From Spirochaetia bacterium (lineage in GTDB: Bacteria; Spirochaetota; Spirochaetia; SZUA-6; Bin103): DNA of 64,000 bases. The position numbers and the translations under genes are program-made. The notes below the pieces were generated by a model. The model saw nothing but the letters and a program-made list of their open reading frames with translations, did not search any database and was not told the DNA's origin. Shown one piece after another: positions 36,695-46,128 of the stretch. Position 1 is the first letter of the stretch. The number at the start of each line of letters is the position of its first letter. The stretch spans positions 544,001 to 608,000 of the forward strand of contig CBDBDQ010000005.1 of assembly GCA_965203905.1 (NCBI GenBank), given 5' to 3'.

Positions 36695-37594
36695 ATGAAG
36701 ATCCTTCTTACCGGCGCCTGTGGCTTCATCGGCCGCAACCTGATCAGCGAGTTGGAGACGCGCGGGCACGAGCTGCGCCTGCTCGACATGACGCGCCCGG
36801 AGCACGCCACCATGTTCCAGGGCGCGCGGGCACGCGCACACGTACCGCTGGAAACCCGTTGGCCGTTCGTGCAGGCGGATATCACCGACGAGGCGGCCAT
36901 GGTGCGCGCCTGCGCCGGAATGGATGCGGTGGTCCACCTGGCCGGCGAGCCGCGCGGCCTGCCGGAGATCGCCGTGCACACCTTCCGCAGCAACGCACTG
37001 GGAACCTTCGTCGCGATCGACGCCGCCCAGCGCAGCGGCGTACCCCGCTTCCTGTGCGCCTCCAGCATCAACGCCTTCGGCACCTTCTTCTGGCGCCTGA
37101 GCGGCCAGCCGGCGCCCTACCGGAGCCTGCCGCTGGACGAAGGCTTCGAGCCGGTACCCGAAGATCCGTACAGCCTGAGCAAGATGGTCAACGAGCACAC
37201 CTGCGCCGCCTACCACCGCGCCTACGGCATGACCGCCATCGCCTTCCGCTTCGCCGGCGTGTGGCCGCAGGCCAGGTACGCGCAGGTGCGGGAGGCCGGA
37301 CTGGCGCCCACCACCTCCTGGTCGGACGACCTGTACCAGTGGGTGCACGTCGAAGACGTCGCGCGCGGCATCCGCCAGGCGCTGGAAGCGGACCACCTGA
37401 CCGGCTTCGGGGTGTACACGCTCGGGGCCGCGGATACCCGCTGCCCGGAACCGACCATGGAACTGGTGCGGCGGTTTCGTCCGCTCCTGGCACGGACGCT
37501 GGCCGCGCCGCTACCGGGACGCGCTCCCCTGCTGGCCATCGACCGGGCGCGCGAAGCGTTCGGCTACGCCCCGCGGTTCCGGCTCGGTGAATGA
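36695..37594 (+). CDS. NAD-dependent epimerase/dehydratase
   Basis: TGACGFIG, HLAG, ASS, YSLSK, VHVEDVA. Confidence 0.92.
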   Translation: MKILLTGACGFIGRNLISELETRGHELRLLDMTRPEHATMFQGARARAHVPLETRWPFVQADITDEAAMVRACAGMDAVVHLAGEPRGLPEIAVHTFRSNALGTFVAIDAAQRSGVPRFLCASSINAFGTFFWRLSGQPAPYRSLPLDEGFEPVPEDPYSLSKMVNEHTCAAYHRAYGMTAIAFRFAGVWPQARYAQVREAGLAPTTSWSDDLYQWVHVEDVARGIRQALEADHLTGFGVYTLGAADTRCPEPTMELVRRFRPLLARTLAAPLPGRAPLLAIDRAREAFGYAPRFRLGE

Positions 37595-37718
37595 GCCTCG
37601 ACTCCGCACCGGAACTCGCCGCGGGGCCGGCCCCCGGACCGTGGTCCGCTGCTCGCTGTGAACGCGTTGACCGTGATTGATCCGCGTACCAAGGTCCGGG
37701 GCCAAGTCCGCACGCTTA

Positions 37719-38789
37719 TCACCCTAAATACTCCCTCAGATGGCACGCGGGACCCAGCAATTCGACCTGCCATTGCGTGTGCAGAGCGATCTGACGACGT
37801 AGTCGAACGACACCCGGCGCTGGCGTTCGTTGTAGTCTGATCCCGGATTCGCCAATCGTACGCTCGACAGCACGGCCCCTGCGAGTTGGACGAACCACGC
37901 CGGTCTTCGCCGTAGCGTATGCGTGTGAGGATCTGCCCAGGATTCGCCGCACGTCACGGTTGGTCGGCAGAGCACGGTTACCTCGTCGCCACGGCGTCAG
38001 AATGGCGATTGGATCAACCTCCAGCATTTCTTCCCACACAGCGGATTCGTCGGCGCTCTCAGAGCCATGGTGGGAGACCTTGAACGCAGATGCCGTTCCT
38101 GATGGCCGAGCTTCATCCTCCAGTATTTTCGACCAGCCACGCTGCTCAAGATCCGCTCCGAGCAGCACAGCAATGTCGCCGACCTCAATCCGCAGGGCAA
38201 CCGCGATTTCGTTTGGTGAGCGGCTAGGGACTCTGGTTTCGGCCTGGCCCGCCCTCGGCAGCAAAGGGGACATCGCTCGCATGAAATCCACGAACGCGTC
38301 GTCGGAGGGCGAGAGTGCCCAGATGCGGCACAATCCATGCACGAAGATGCGGCGATTGGCGACGGCCCATGTCGGCACGCCGCCCACCTCGCGGAGCCTG
38401 GAGAACACGCTATAGATCTCTCGGACGCCTGAACTGGATGCAGCAAAGTGCCGGTTGTCCAAGGCATGGACCACGCCGAGAAACTCGTCGGCGCAGAGGA
38501 CGTTGGAGCAGCAGAACTTTGCCTTCCTACATACTGCTGCCATTTGCGCGATGCCACGTATGTGGTCGTCATGCCAATGCGAAGCCACGATGAGCTTCAC
38601 AGCTTCGCCAGGATCGACGCCAAGAATCTCCAGGTACTCCAAGGCGGTTGGGGCGTCCGTACGGCCGCATGAGTCGACCAGCACCCAGGCGCCATCGCCA
38701 ACGTGCATGACGATGCTTTCACCGTACCCGGGTCCAAGAAGCGTCAGTTCAAACTCATCGTTCCTTGGGGGATTGCCCCCGTCCGTCAC
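37719..38789 (-). CDS. ComEC/Rec2-like MBL-fold metallo-hydrolase (putative nuclease)
   Basis: GYGESI, LVDSC, SHWHDDH, LGADLE, KVSHHGS; no TM region; GTG 38789 overlaps the upstream stop. Confidence 0.8.
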   Translation of the reverse strand: MTDGGNPPRNDEFELTLLGPGYGESIVMHVGDGAWVLVDSCGRTDAPTALEYLEILGVDPGEAVKLIVASHWHDDHIRGIAQMAAVCRKAKFCCSNVLCADEFLGVVHALDNRHFAASSSGVREIYSVFSRLREVGGVPTWAVANRRIFVHGLCRIWALSPSDDAFVDFMRAMSPLLPRAGQAETRVPSRSPNEIAVALRIEVGDIAVLLGADLEQRGWSKILEDEARPSGTASAFKVSHHGSESADESAVWEEMLEVDPIAILTPWRRGNRALPTNRDVRRILGRSSHAYATAKTGVVRPTRRGRAVERTIGESGIRLQRTPAPGVVRLRRQIALHTQWQVELLGPACHLREYLG

Positions 38790-39397
38790 AGCTCGAATGC
38801 CCGCCTTGTCTCTCGTGCCCACTCCTTGCCTTGCTGCAGGTCGCGATCGGTAATCCGGGGAAGATCGCGGAATACGATCTGGGAGACACGTTTCTTAGTG
38901 CCTGAAGGAGAGCGCTCGTAGCCAATTACCCAGCGAAAGATAGCCCCTACCCGCAATGTGGCCGCGTCGCCATCCGAGATCTCGGTCAAAGGGATGATCG
39001 CTTCTTCCTCTTCGTGCGACGAGCCCACCGTCAGGTCGGTCAACGCCGCCACAAACTCGTCGCCGCCAATCTCAAGCACGTGCCCTTCCCACTCCTGCAG
39101 AGCGTGAAACGTGGCGGCTGCGGTGGCGTGCGATAGTTTCGGCGGTGCATTCACAACCGAGACAGCACCTGTCCCAGACTGCACTTCATGAAGCGAAACC
39201 GAGAAACTCCCCCTTCCCACACCAACCGGACCACGGCTTTCGCCGGAGTTGCTCGCCGGATCTAGGATCAACGCCATCCGCACCGCCTCGTCCACCCTCA
39301 TGAGTGGTGTGTCAAGGGCCTCTGCACCAGAGCCTTCGTCACTTGAGACATTATGGAGCCCGTACGGCCCGGCAGGTTGGATAGTCTCTCCTGTCAA
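38786..39397 (-). CDS. Hypothetical protein with a beta-rich C-terminal domain
   Basis: Low-complexity N-half, then LQEWEGHVLEI..FVAAL...GAIFRWVIGY..RVSQIVFR; 4-nt overlaps with both neighbours. Confidence 0.7.
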   Translation of the reverse strand: MTGETIQPAGPYGLHNVSSDEGSGAEALDTPLMRVDEAVRMALILDPASNSGESRGPVGVGRGSFSVSLHEVQSGTGAVSVVNAPPKLSHATAAATFHALQEWEGHVLEIGGDEFVAALTDLTVGSSHEEEEAIIPLTEISDGDAATLRVGAIFRWVIGYERSPSGTKKRVSQIVFRDLPRITDRDLQQGKEWARETRRAFEL

Positions 39398-40095
39398 AGT
39401 AAACTCTCTTTCGCTAAAGACAATATGTGATCGACTATACCTTGGCTTCGCCGGAGGGAAACCTCAAATTCATCCCCGAGGAATCGCATGAGTCTCGTTC
39501 CGTCCGCGCTTTCGGCATCTTCGACTGCATACTGATCATTCACTTGGACGTAGACCCCCAACCTCCCACCGCTAATCCGGTGGGACGGCCCTACAGTTAC
39601 ATTGATCTCACTGCCCGGCGGCCGGCCCTTCGGCCGGAGCTGCGACATCTTGAGCGTCGTCATTCCACCAGACTCAGCGTTCAATTCAAGTTCCTCAACG
39701 TAACACCCCCACGGTTCCACCGGTGCCAGGGCTCTGCCGATGCGGTCCAGTTCAGCCAAGTTGGCTACAGGGACATGAACGTTGCGATTGATACCTATCA
39801 GCCGGAGGGGCGTATGGTGGAGGTACTCCTTGAACACGCGCAAGACAAGGTCCCGCACTCGGATGTGAGGCGCTTGGGCGGTCTCCGCTACGAACGTATC
39901 GGTCGTCACCTGCAGCGAGAGCCAGTCGAAAGAAAACTGGGTCACCTGCGCATGGGCGACCTGCAACGTTGCCGTGTCGGCAGCGGTGTTCGGGAGCAGT
40001 TCGTGCAAAACGAACCAGGCCGGAGTGAAAATCGCCGGATTGAAGTTCCCGCGGAGCACGACTGCCACACCGTCGATCTCCGGGTGAGTCCTCAC
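39394..40095 (-). CDS. Hypothetical protein, possibly TIGR04255-like
   Basis: N-terminal VVLRGNFNPAIFTPAWF and central TPLRLIGIN; family assignment is from memory only. Confidence 0.6.
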   Translation of the reverse strand: MRTHPEIDGVAVVLRGNFNPAIFTPAWFVLHELLPNTAADTATLQVAHAQVTQFSFDWLSLQVTTDTFVAETAQAPHIRVRDLVLRVFKEYLHHTPLRLIGINRNVHVPVANLAELDRIGRALAPVEPWGCYVEELELNAESGGMTTLKMSQLRPKGRPPGSEINVTVGPSHRISGGRLGVYVQVNDQYAVEDAESADGTRLMRFLGDEFEVSLRRSQGIVDHILSLAKESLL

Positions 40096-40244
40096 GCTAT
40101 GCGCCTTTGGTGCGCTCGGGCGAGCTAGCCGCGCGGGACCGCGGCCGGTATGACGCTCTATGGCCCGCGCCGTCGGTCAGCAGAATAAGCAGCGCCATCA
40201 GCATGCGACGCGAATGCCGGCGGTGCATCGCCATTCCTGCCCAG

Positions 40245-40355
40245 CTACGGCACGGATGTCGGTTTCTCATCGGCGCAAGGATCGGCGTCCGCGACGCTTC
40301 CGGCGAGGATTTCAGCCCGTGGGCGGCAGGTGTCGAATATCGTCAGGGTCGTCAT
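40245..40355 (-). pseudogene. 5' relic of a DUF499-family ATPase gene
   Basis: MTTLTIFDTCRPRAEILAGSVADAD resembles the DUF499 N-terminus (PRxDVLxG...DFAADL); the frame stops after 36 codons. Confidence 0.55.
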
Positions 40356-40582
40356 GTCTGCGCGGCATGGGGGTGCCTGAGGGCGAGAGCCTGCCAGGCG
40401 TCGGGCGCTGACGAACGGCGGTCTGGCGACCCGACCTCCTGCACTATGCCACGTCCACTTCGTTCGTGTCACACCGACATGCGCGACGTGCGCGACGCGG
40501 TCGGCGTGGTGAATGGCGTGCGCGCCGATCCATCAACGTGGTGATCCAAGGTGTACATGACAGTCAGTCCACTGCGCTGGAC

Positions 40583-41608
40583 TCAGTCCGCGGTTGGCTC
40601 TCTCACCCAACGGGCCGACCGGCCGAGCAGGCGCAGGAGACCGATTACGCCGCCGATGATGCCGGCCAGGGCGAACACGGCGGCGTAGTCGATCAGGGGA
40701 ATGCGCAGCACCTCGCTCAACCGGCCCCAGCCAAGCGGCACGTATACCGCCAGCACGCCGGCGACGTAGGCCGCCAGGACCAGGCCGCGTACCGGGCGCG
40801 ACCAGCTCAGGCCGTGCATCTGCGTAATCACGAAGATTCCGCCGAACCCGAACGCGAACATCGGCCACATGCCCTCGCCCTGCATGATCGCCACCAGCGT
40901 GCCGTGGGCCAGCACCGCCACCTCCAACGCCAGCGTCCACCAGCGGTTCACGTGCGCGCGGGTCAGGAACAGGCTGCCCTGCAGCAACAGGAGGAACAGG
41001 TACAGGAACCCGATCAGGTGCCCGCTGGTGGCCTCCATCGGGTGGTACCAGAACGTGTACACGATCGCCCAGGCGAAGTAATAGCCGTGGTAGCGCCGCG
41101 CCACCTCCGTGAGCCGGCGCGGGAACCCGATCCTGGCGCCAAAGAACAGCCCCCGGCGCGGGTTCTCCATCAGCAGCACCCACACCAGCATCACCACCAC
41201 CGACCCCAGCGAGCTCCAGATCGAGACGTCCTGCGCCAAACCGTCGTACCAGAGATGGGTCTGCACCAGGTGCAACGCGACGAAGAAGCCGTTGACCCCC
41301 AGGGCCAGGTAGTTTGCGGAGCGCAGCGAGGCGCTGTAACGGGGCCGGACGCGCCCGGCGGTGCGCTGTGCGTAGGCGATCAGCGCCCAGAACGAGACCT
41401 GGTGCAGCAGGTAGAAGCCCCACGCCGTCAGGCGGCTGGCCGCGGTCGGTTCGATCAGCTTCCAGTAGTACCAGGATGCACCGGCGTCGGGGGCATGGGG
41501 GACGTCGGCCAGCCGCTCTCCCAGCAGCCAGATGAGCAGCGTGAACGCGAGGCTGACGGCGGCGCCGATCGCCAGGACCCGATACGCCGATCCCGGTGCC
41601 CGCTTCAT
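40583..41608 (-). CDS. Polytopic membrane protein of unknown function
   Basis: About 10 hydrophobic segments rich in W, H and Y; start MKRAPG. Confidence 0.8.
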   Translation of the reverse strand: MKRAPGSAYRVLAIGAAVSLAFTLLIWLLGERLADVPHAPDAGASWYYWKLIEPTAASRLTAWGFYLLHQVSFWALIAYAQRTAGRVRPRYSASLRSANYLALGVNGFFVALHLVQTHLWYDGLAQDVSIWSSLGSVVVMLVWVLLMENPRRGLFFGARIGFPRRLTEVARRYHGYYFAWAIVYTFWYHPMEATSGHLIGFLYLFLLLLQGSLFLTRAHVNRWWTLALEVAVLAHGTLVAIMQGEGMWPMFAFGFGGIFVITQMHGLSWSRPVRGLVLAAYVAGVLAVYVPLGWGRLSEVLRIPLIDYAAVFALAGIIGGVIGLLRLLGRSARWVREPTAD

Positions 41609-41746
41609 GCTTACGCGTTGGCCTGCGCCCGCTCCCATGTAATAACAATGTCGAAGCCGCACCGAGTACAGGTCAACATTCGCCCATGTCACTGCACTTG
41701 GCGTCGTTACGGACCGTGCGCAGCCTTTGTGATCGCGCCTGAGTGG

Positions 41747-42145
41747 CTACACGGGCGATGCTTCGACTCGCCCCACCAGGGACTGGAAGAAGGCGTTGTC
41801 CCACAACTGCAACACGGCCGCGTCGCGGATGAACGGACGCACGTCGCGTTTCGCCTGGTCGAAGTCGAACGCCGCCAGCTCCTTGCGAACCGCTTCGAGG
41901 TAGGGCGCGAGATCGAACTCGCGGTCCGGCTGCAGCAAAGAGAAGTCGATGTCCTCGGAGAAGCGCGGCAGACGATGGAAGATGCGCAACGCGGTTGCTG
42001 CATAAAACGCCGCGTGCTCGAAGAACCTGGCACGCCACAGTCCCAACAGGGCCAACTCCTGAACGACTTCCTTCAAGGCGTTCTCGTGATCGGCCAGGGT
42101 CTGCGGCTGGTAGCGGTCGAGCATCCCCTGCAGCGCGACGTTCAT
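41747..42145 (-). pseudogene. AbiEii-family nucleotidyltransferase toxin, internally deleted
   Basis: AFYAATALRIFHRLPRFSEDIDF (canonical GGT changed to AAT) joined directly to the C-terminal DFDQAKRDVRPF; only 132 aa. Confidence 0.75.
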
Positions 42146-42774
42146 CGGGTCGCCTCCGCGTGGCGCTCCAGCCAGCGCAGGAAGGCGTTCACACTCTGCC
42201 GGCGATAGCGCTTCGCCACTTCCCGCACCACGGCCACCCGCATGCGCACGACCGCGTCGAGGTCGACGCGGAGGTCATCCTCCAGCAATCCTGGAATGTC
42301 CCGCTGCGCGCGCACCTGGGTAACGCAGGCGATGCGGCCGCACAGCGCCTTCTCCGGTTCTGCCAGAAAGAACGACCCGCCAGCACCGGATTGCAGACCG
42401 ACACCAAAGCCGTATGCGACTTCGTTGAGCGGACGATAGGTGAACCGGCCCATTGGCGTCTGAAACACTCTCGCTCGCTTGCAGGTGATGCTGGTGATCT
42501 CGTCGACCCGTTCGGGAATCAGCCCGTGCCAGGCCAGCGCGGTCTCCAGGGAGACATAGGACGGCCCATAGACGAGGGGCGCCAGTACCAGGGGATCCAC
42601 TGACGGCGGTCGCCCTGGGAACGTCGGAGCCACGTACAGCCCCTTCCTGACCCGCACCACGTCGCCGCCCAGGCAGAGACTACGCAGCTTGTTCCGGGGC
42701 GCGCGGAAGCCCGCCAACCGGTCCATGGCGAGTTGGTAGTCGAACGGATGATCGATGGGCAGCTCGACCCGCAT
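42142..42774 (-). CDS. AbiEi-family antitoxin (type IV TA)
   Basis: RVRKGLY, PSYVSLETALAWHGLIPE, AEPEKAL; 4-nt overlap with the toxin. Confidence 0.85.
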   Translation of the reverse strand: MRVELPIDHPFDYQLAMDRLAGFRAPRNKLRSLCLGGDVVRVRKGLYVAPTFPGRPPSVDPLVLAPLVYGPSYVSLETALAWHGLIPERVDEITSITCKRARVFQTPMGRFTYRPLNEVAYGFGVGLQSGAGGSFFLAEPEKALCGRIACVTQVRAQRDIPGLLEDDLRVDLDAVVRMRVAVVREVAKRYRRQSVNAFLRWLERHAEATR

Positions 42775-42796
42775 CCCACGCATACCCTGAGAAGTT

Positions 42797-42831
42797 GACC
42801 GCCATGTTGACGTGACGTCAACATAGCGGTC
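42797..42831. promoter_or_regulatory. Inverted repeat, probable AbiEi autoregulatory operator
   Basis: GACCGCCATGTTGACGT-G-ACGTCAACATAGCGGTC: 17-bp arms with one mismatch, directly upstream of abiEi. Confidence 0.7.
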
Positions 42832-42860
42832 TATTCTTACTACCGAGACGTTCTCCAGCG

Positions 42861-43292
42861 TCAGCGTAGGCGCTGCATGAACCACCAGTGGTGGCCCTCG
42901 AGGTCGCGTGCCTCGTAGCTGCGGTCCGCCCAGTAGCCCGCGCCGTAGTCCTGCGTCGCCGGCTCCGTGGTGATGACGGCGCCGGCCGCCCGCGCCCGTT
43001 CGCAGTGGGCGTCGGCGTCGTCGACGTACACGGCCAGCGATTGCGTGTTGGCGCCACCGACCGCCAGCGGCGACCGTGGCCAGGTCCGGTCCGGGTGCAG
43101 GCCCACCTGCCCCACCATGACCAAGCCGCCGTTCAGGACGAGCTGTGAGTGGACGATCCGGCCCTGGTCATCGGCGATCCTCTCGCGCACCGCGAAGCCG
43201 AAGGCGCGGCTCAACCAGTCGATCGCGGCCGCCGCGTCGTCGTAGAACACCGCGGGGGAGATTCTCGGCCAGCCGTCAGGCGGATTATTCAT
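42861..43292 (-). CDS. VOC/glyoxalase family protein
   Basis: AAIDWLSRAFGF, VDDADAH, DLEGHHW. Confidence 0.88.
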   Translation of the reverse strand: MNNPPDGWPRISPAVFYDDAAAAIDWLSRAFGFAVRERIADDQGRIVHSQLVLNGGLVMVGQVGLHPDRTWPRSPLAVGGANTQSLAVYVDDADAHCERARAAGAVITTEPATQDYGAGYWADRSYEARDLEGHHWWFMQRLR

Positions 43293-43522
43293 GCGGAGCG
43301 ATTGTAGTGGAGTTGCGCCGGTGGAGGCGAGCGATGGGTTAGCCGTCGGTAAACGTCCTGTGAGCGCCGGTTGCCGCCTTGGGCCGTCCCCGGTGTCAGA
43401 GCGCAGGCGACCGCGCCCCGGTAGTTGGCGGCACCGGTCGCGATCTGCGCCATGAACGCCGAGTGAACGTCCAGCCGAGAGCCTTTCCCCAGGGTCGAGG
43501 GTGCGGTATCATTTCCGGCATT

Positions 43523-44656
43523 GTGCGGAGCCTCGATGATGCTGCGGCGCCGGGCAACGGCCATCCAGTCCTCGGCGCCGCCGAGGCGCAGACGGTCAGT
43601 GCCGAGATCCGACGCCTGCTGGACAACGTCCGCTCGCTGATCTACATCGACCCGCGGACGCTGGAGTACCTGATCGCGGCCAAGATCGCCGGCGGCCACG
43701 TGATCCTGGCCGACTCCCACGGCGTCGGCAAGACCTCGCTGGCCAGGGCCCTGGCGCAATCGATCCAGTGGATGGGACCGGGGAGCAGTAACGGGCAGGG
43801 CGTCGAAGCGGCCGAGTTCGCTCAAGCCGACGTGTCGGCGGAACACGTGCCGATCGAGAGCTTCAGCCGCATCCAGTGCACGGTGGACCTGCTGCCGCAG
43901 GACATCCTCGGCTTCTCCCGCTACGAGCTCAGCACCAGCTCCCTGATCTTCAACCGCGGCCCGATCTTCGCCCACTTCGTGCTGTGCGACGAGATCAACC
44001 TGCTCACCCCCAAGACCCAGGGCAGCTTCTTCCAGGCGATGGAGGAGCAGGCGATCTCCATCGAGGGCAACACCTACCACCTGCCCGACCCGTTCTTCAT
44101 CATCGCCACCATGAACCTCAAGGGCGCGCACCTGTTCCCGCTGCCGGTACCGCAGCTCGACCGTTTCATGGTGCAGCTCTCCCTGGGGTATCCGAGCGAC
44201 GACGACGAGGAGCGCATCGTCCACCAGCACGGCCGCGACGACTCCTGGAGCGGGTTTGCGCCGGTGGTCGCGCAGGAGCGGCTCAACCAGTGGCAGACGA
44301 TGGTGGATTCGATCACGATCCATGAGGAAGTGATCTCCTACCTGGTGACCCTGATCCGCCAGACCCGCGGCCACCCCGCCATCGAGACCGGCGCCAGCCC
44401 GCGCACGGGGGTCAAGGTGTCGCGGCTGGCGCGCGCGCTGGCGCTGGTGCGGGGCGACAACTGGGTCTCGGTCGACCTGATCAAGGAGATCTTCGGGCCG
44501 GCGGTGGCGCACCGGATGATCATGCAGGATCCCGCCACCCCGGCGGCCGGGGTGCTGGAGGAGATCCTGGATACCGTGCCCGTGGACGGCCGGCGGCCAG
44601 CCCCGAGAGGCGCGCTGGATGGCGGGCGGCCGGCAACGGTGGCCGCCACCTCCTGA
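43523..44656 (+). CDS. MoxR-family AAA+ ATPase
   Basis: HGVGKT, RIQCTVDLLPQD, DEIN, QLDRF, GASPR; start uncertain. Confidence 0.9.
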   Translation: MRSLDDAAAPGNGHPVLGAAEAQTVSAEIRRLLDNVRSLIYIDPRTLEYLIAAKIAGGHVILADSHGVGKTSLARALAQSIQWMGPGSSNGQGVEAAEFAQADVSAEHVPIESFSRIQCTVDLLPQDILGFSRYELSTSSLIFNRGPIFAHFVLCDEINLLTPKTQGSFFQAMEEQAISIEGNTYHLPDPFFIIATMNLKGAHLFPLPVPQLDRFMVQLSLGYPSDDDEERIVHQHGRDDSWSGFAPVVAQERLNQWQTMVDSITIHEEVISYLVTLIRQTRGHPAIETGASPRTGVKVSRLARALALVRGDNWVSVDLIKEIFGPAVAHRMIMQDPATPAAGVLEEILDTVPVDGRRPAPRGALDGGRPATVAATS

Positions 44657-44664
44657 GCCGAAGC

Positions 44665-46128
44665 ATGCCCGCAAGCGGCGTTGCAACCGCCCCCAGCAGC
44701 CAGCGCACGCGCTACGGACGGATCGGCTCCGCGAGCGAAGCAGGCGCCGGCGGCGGGCAACGGCCGGGCGCGGCGCAAGCCGGCGGACCGGTGCCGGCGC
44801 CCACGGGACGGCGCACGGATGCTGCCCGGCACCAGGGCCTGCACGACGCCGCGCGGCGGGTGCTGCACTACTACCCGCTCACGCTTCCCGGCACGGCCCT
44901 CGCCGCGGCGGCGGTCTACCTCCTGGGCAGCGCGTTCGCGAGTGGATCGGCGCACGAGTTCCTGCTCTCCATCACCGGTTTCCTGGTGCTGCTGGTGCTG
45001 GCCGGTCTCGGCCGTCTGCAGGCGTACCGCTGCAAGCTGGTGGAGTTCGAGTGGGACAGCTCCGCGCCGCTGGCAGCCCGCGAGCGCGGGGCCCAGCACC
45101 GGCTGCGCACCCGCGCCGCACGGAGCTGGCTGTTCTACCGCATCCACCTGCGCATCGTCTGGTGCCTGCGGGCGGGACGGCGCGCCACCCTGCGCGGTTA
45201 CCGCGAGGTGGCGACGCCGGGCGGCGAGGCGGCGATTCCGCTGTGGTTCCCGTGCAGTGGCCGTCTGGAACTGACCGGACGGCTCACGATCCGCGACGTG
45301 TTCGGTCTCACCCGCGCGCAGATTCGCCCGCCGGAGCGGCGCACGCTGGTGGTGCGGCCGGGACTGCTCGGCGAGCAGTCCTCCCCACCGGTGGAAATCT
45401 CCGCCGGCTACGACACCACGCAGCGCGCCAAGACCGCCGACGAAGAGCAGTACTTCATGCGCGAGTACATGCCCGGCGACCGCATGAAGGACATCAACTG
45501 GAAGGCCACCAGCCGGCTCGGCGAGCTGATCACCCGGATCTCGCCGATCACCCAGGAGCAGACCCAGGAGTTGCACGTGGTGCTGCGCCGCTTCCGCCGC
45601 CGCGGCGGCGAGTCGCTGGCGGCGGTGTTGCACCTGGACTTCATCAAGAGCTGGCTGCTCACCTTCCTGCGCGTGGTCAAGCAGCAGCACCCCGAGTTCG
45701 TGTTCGTGGTGGACAGCGGTGGCGAGAGTCACCGGGTCGACACGCCGGAGGAGATCGAGGCCCTGGCGCGCCGCCTCGCGGAGTTGCCCCTGACCTCCGA
45801 GCTGCCTTCCGCCGACAACGACCCGGCGCGCGAGCTGTTCATCTTCTCGACGGTGTTCGACGAGGATCTGCCCCGCTTCGTGGAGCGCAGCGGCGCGCAG
45901 TATGTCAACGTGTTCCGCAGCGTACCCGTCCGGCGCAAGGACGAGGACGCCGCGGACCCTTATCGGATGAGCCTCAGCGAGGCGCCGCTGCCCACCTGTG
46001 TCGGCGGCGGCTGGCTGCTGGCCCGCGAGCGGCGCCTGCCGGTCACGGACCCGGTCGCCGGACCGCGGCCGGGCCTGCGTGAAGAACAGCCGCTCAAAGT
46101 GAGCTACCTGTGCACCTTCTCTTCCTGA
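44665..46128 (+). CDS. DUF58 domain protein
   Basis: REYMPGD..KDINWKATSR motif, N-terminal TM pair, downstream of MoxR. Confidence 0.85.
   Translation: MPASGVATAPSSQRTRYGRIGSASEAGAGGGQRPGAAQAGGPVPAPTGRRTDAARHQGLHDAARRVLHYYPLTLPGTALAAAAVYLLGSAFASGSAHEFLLSITGFLVLLVLAGLGRLQAYRCKLVEFEWDSSAPLAARERGAQHRLRTRAARSWLFYRIHLRIVWCLRAGRRATLRGYREVATPGGEAAIPLWFPCSGRLELTGRLTIRDVFGLTRAQIRPPERRTLVVRPGLLGEQSSPPVEISAGYDTTQRAKTADEEQYFMREYMPGDRMKDINWKATSRLGELITRISPITQEQTQELHVVLRRFRRRGGESLAAVLHLDFIKSWLLTFLRVVKQQHPEFVFVVDSGGESHRVDTPEEIEALARRLAELPLTSELPSADNDPARELFIFSTVFDEDLPRFVERSGAQYVNVFRSVPVRRKDEDAADPYRMSLSEAPLPTCVGGGWLLARERRLPVTDPVAGPRPGLREEQPLKVSYLCTFSS

Noticed and set aside
37719-38789. Competence gene comEC
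   Set aside because: No membrane competence domain; only the soluble MBL domain, inside an accessory cassette.
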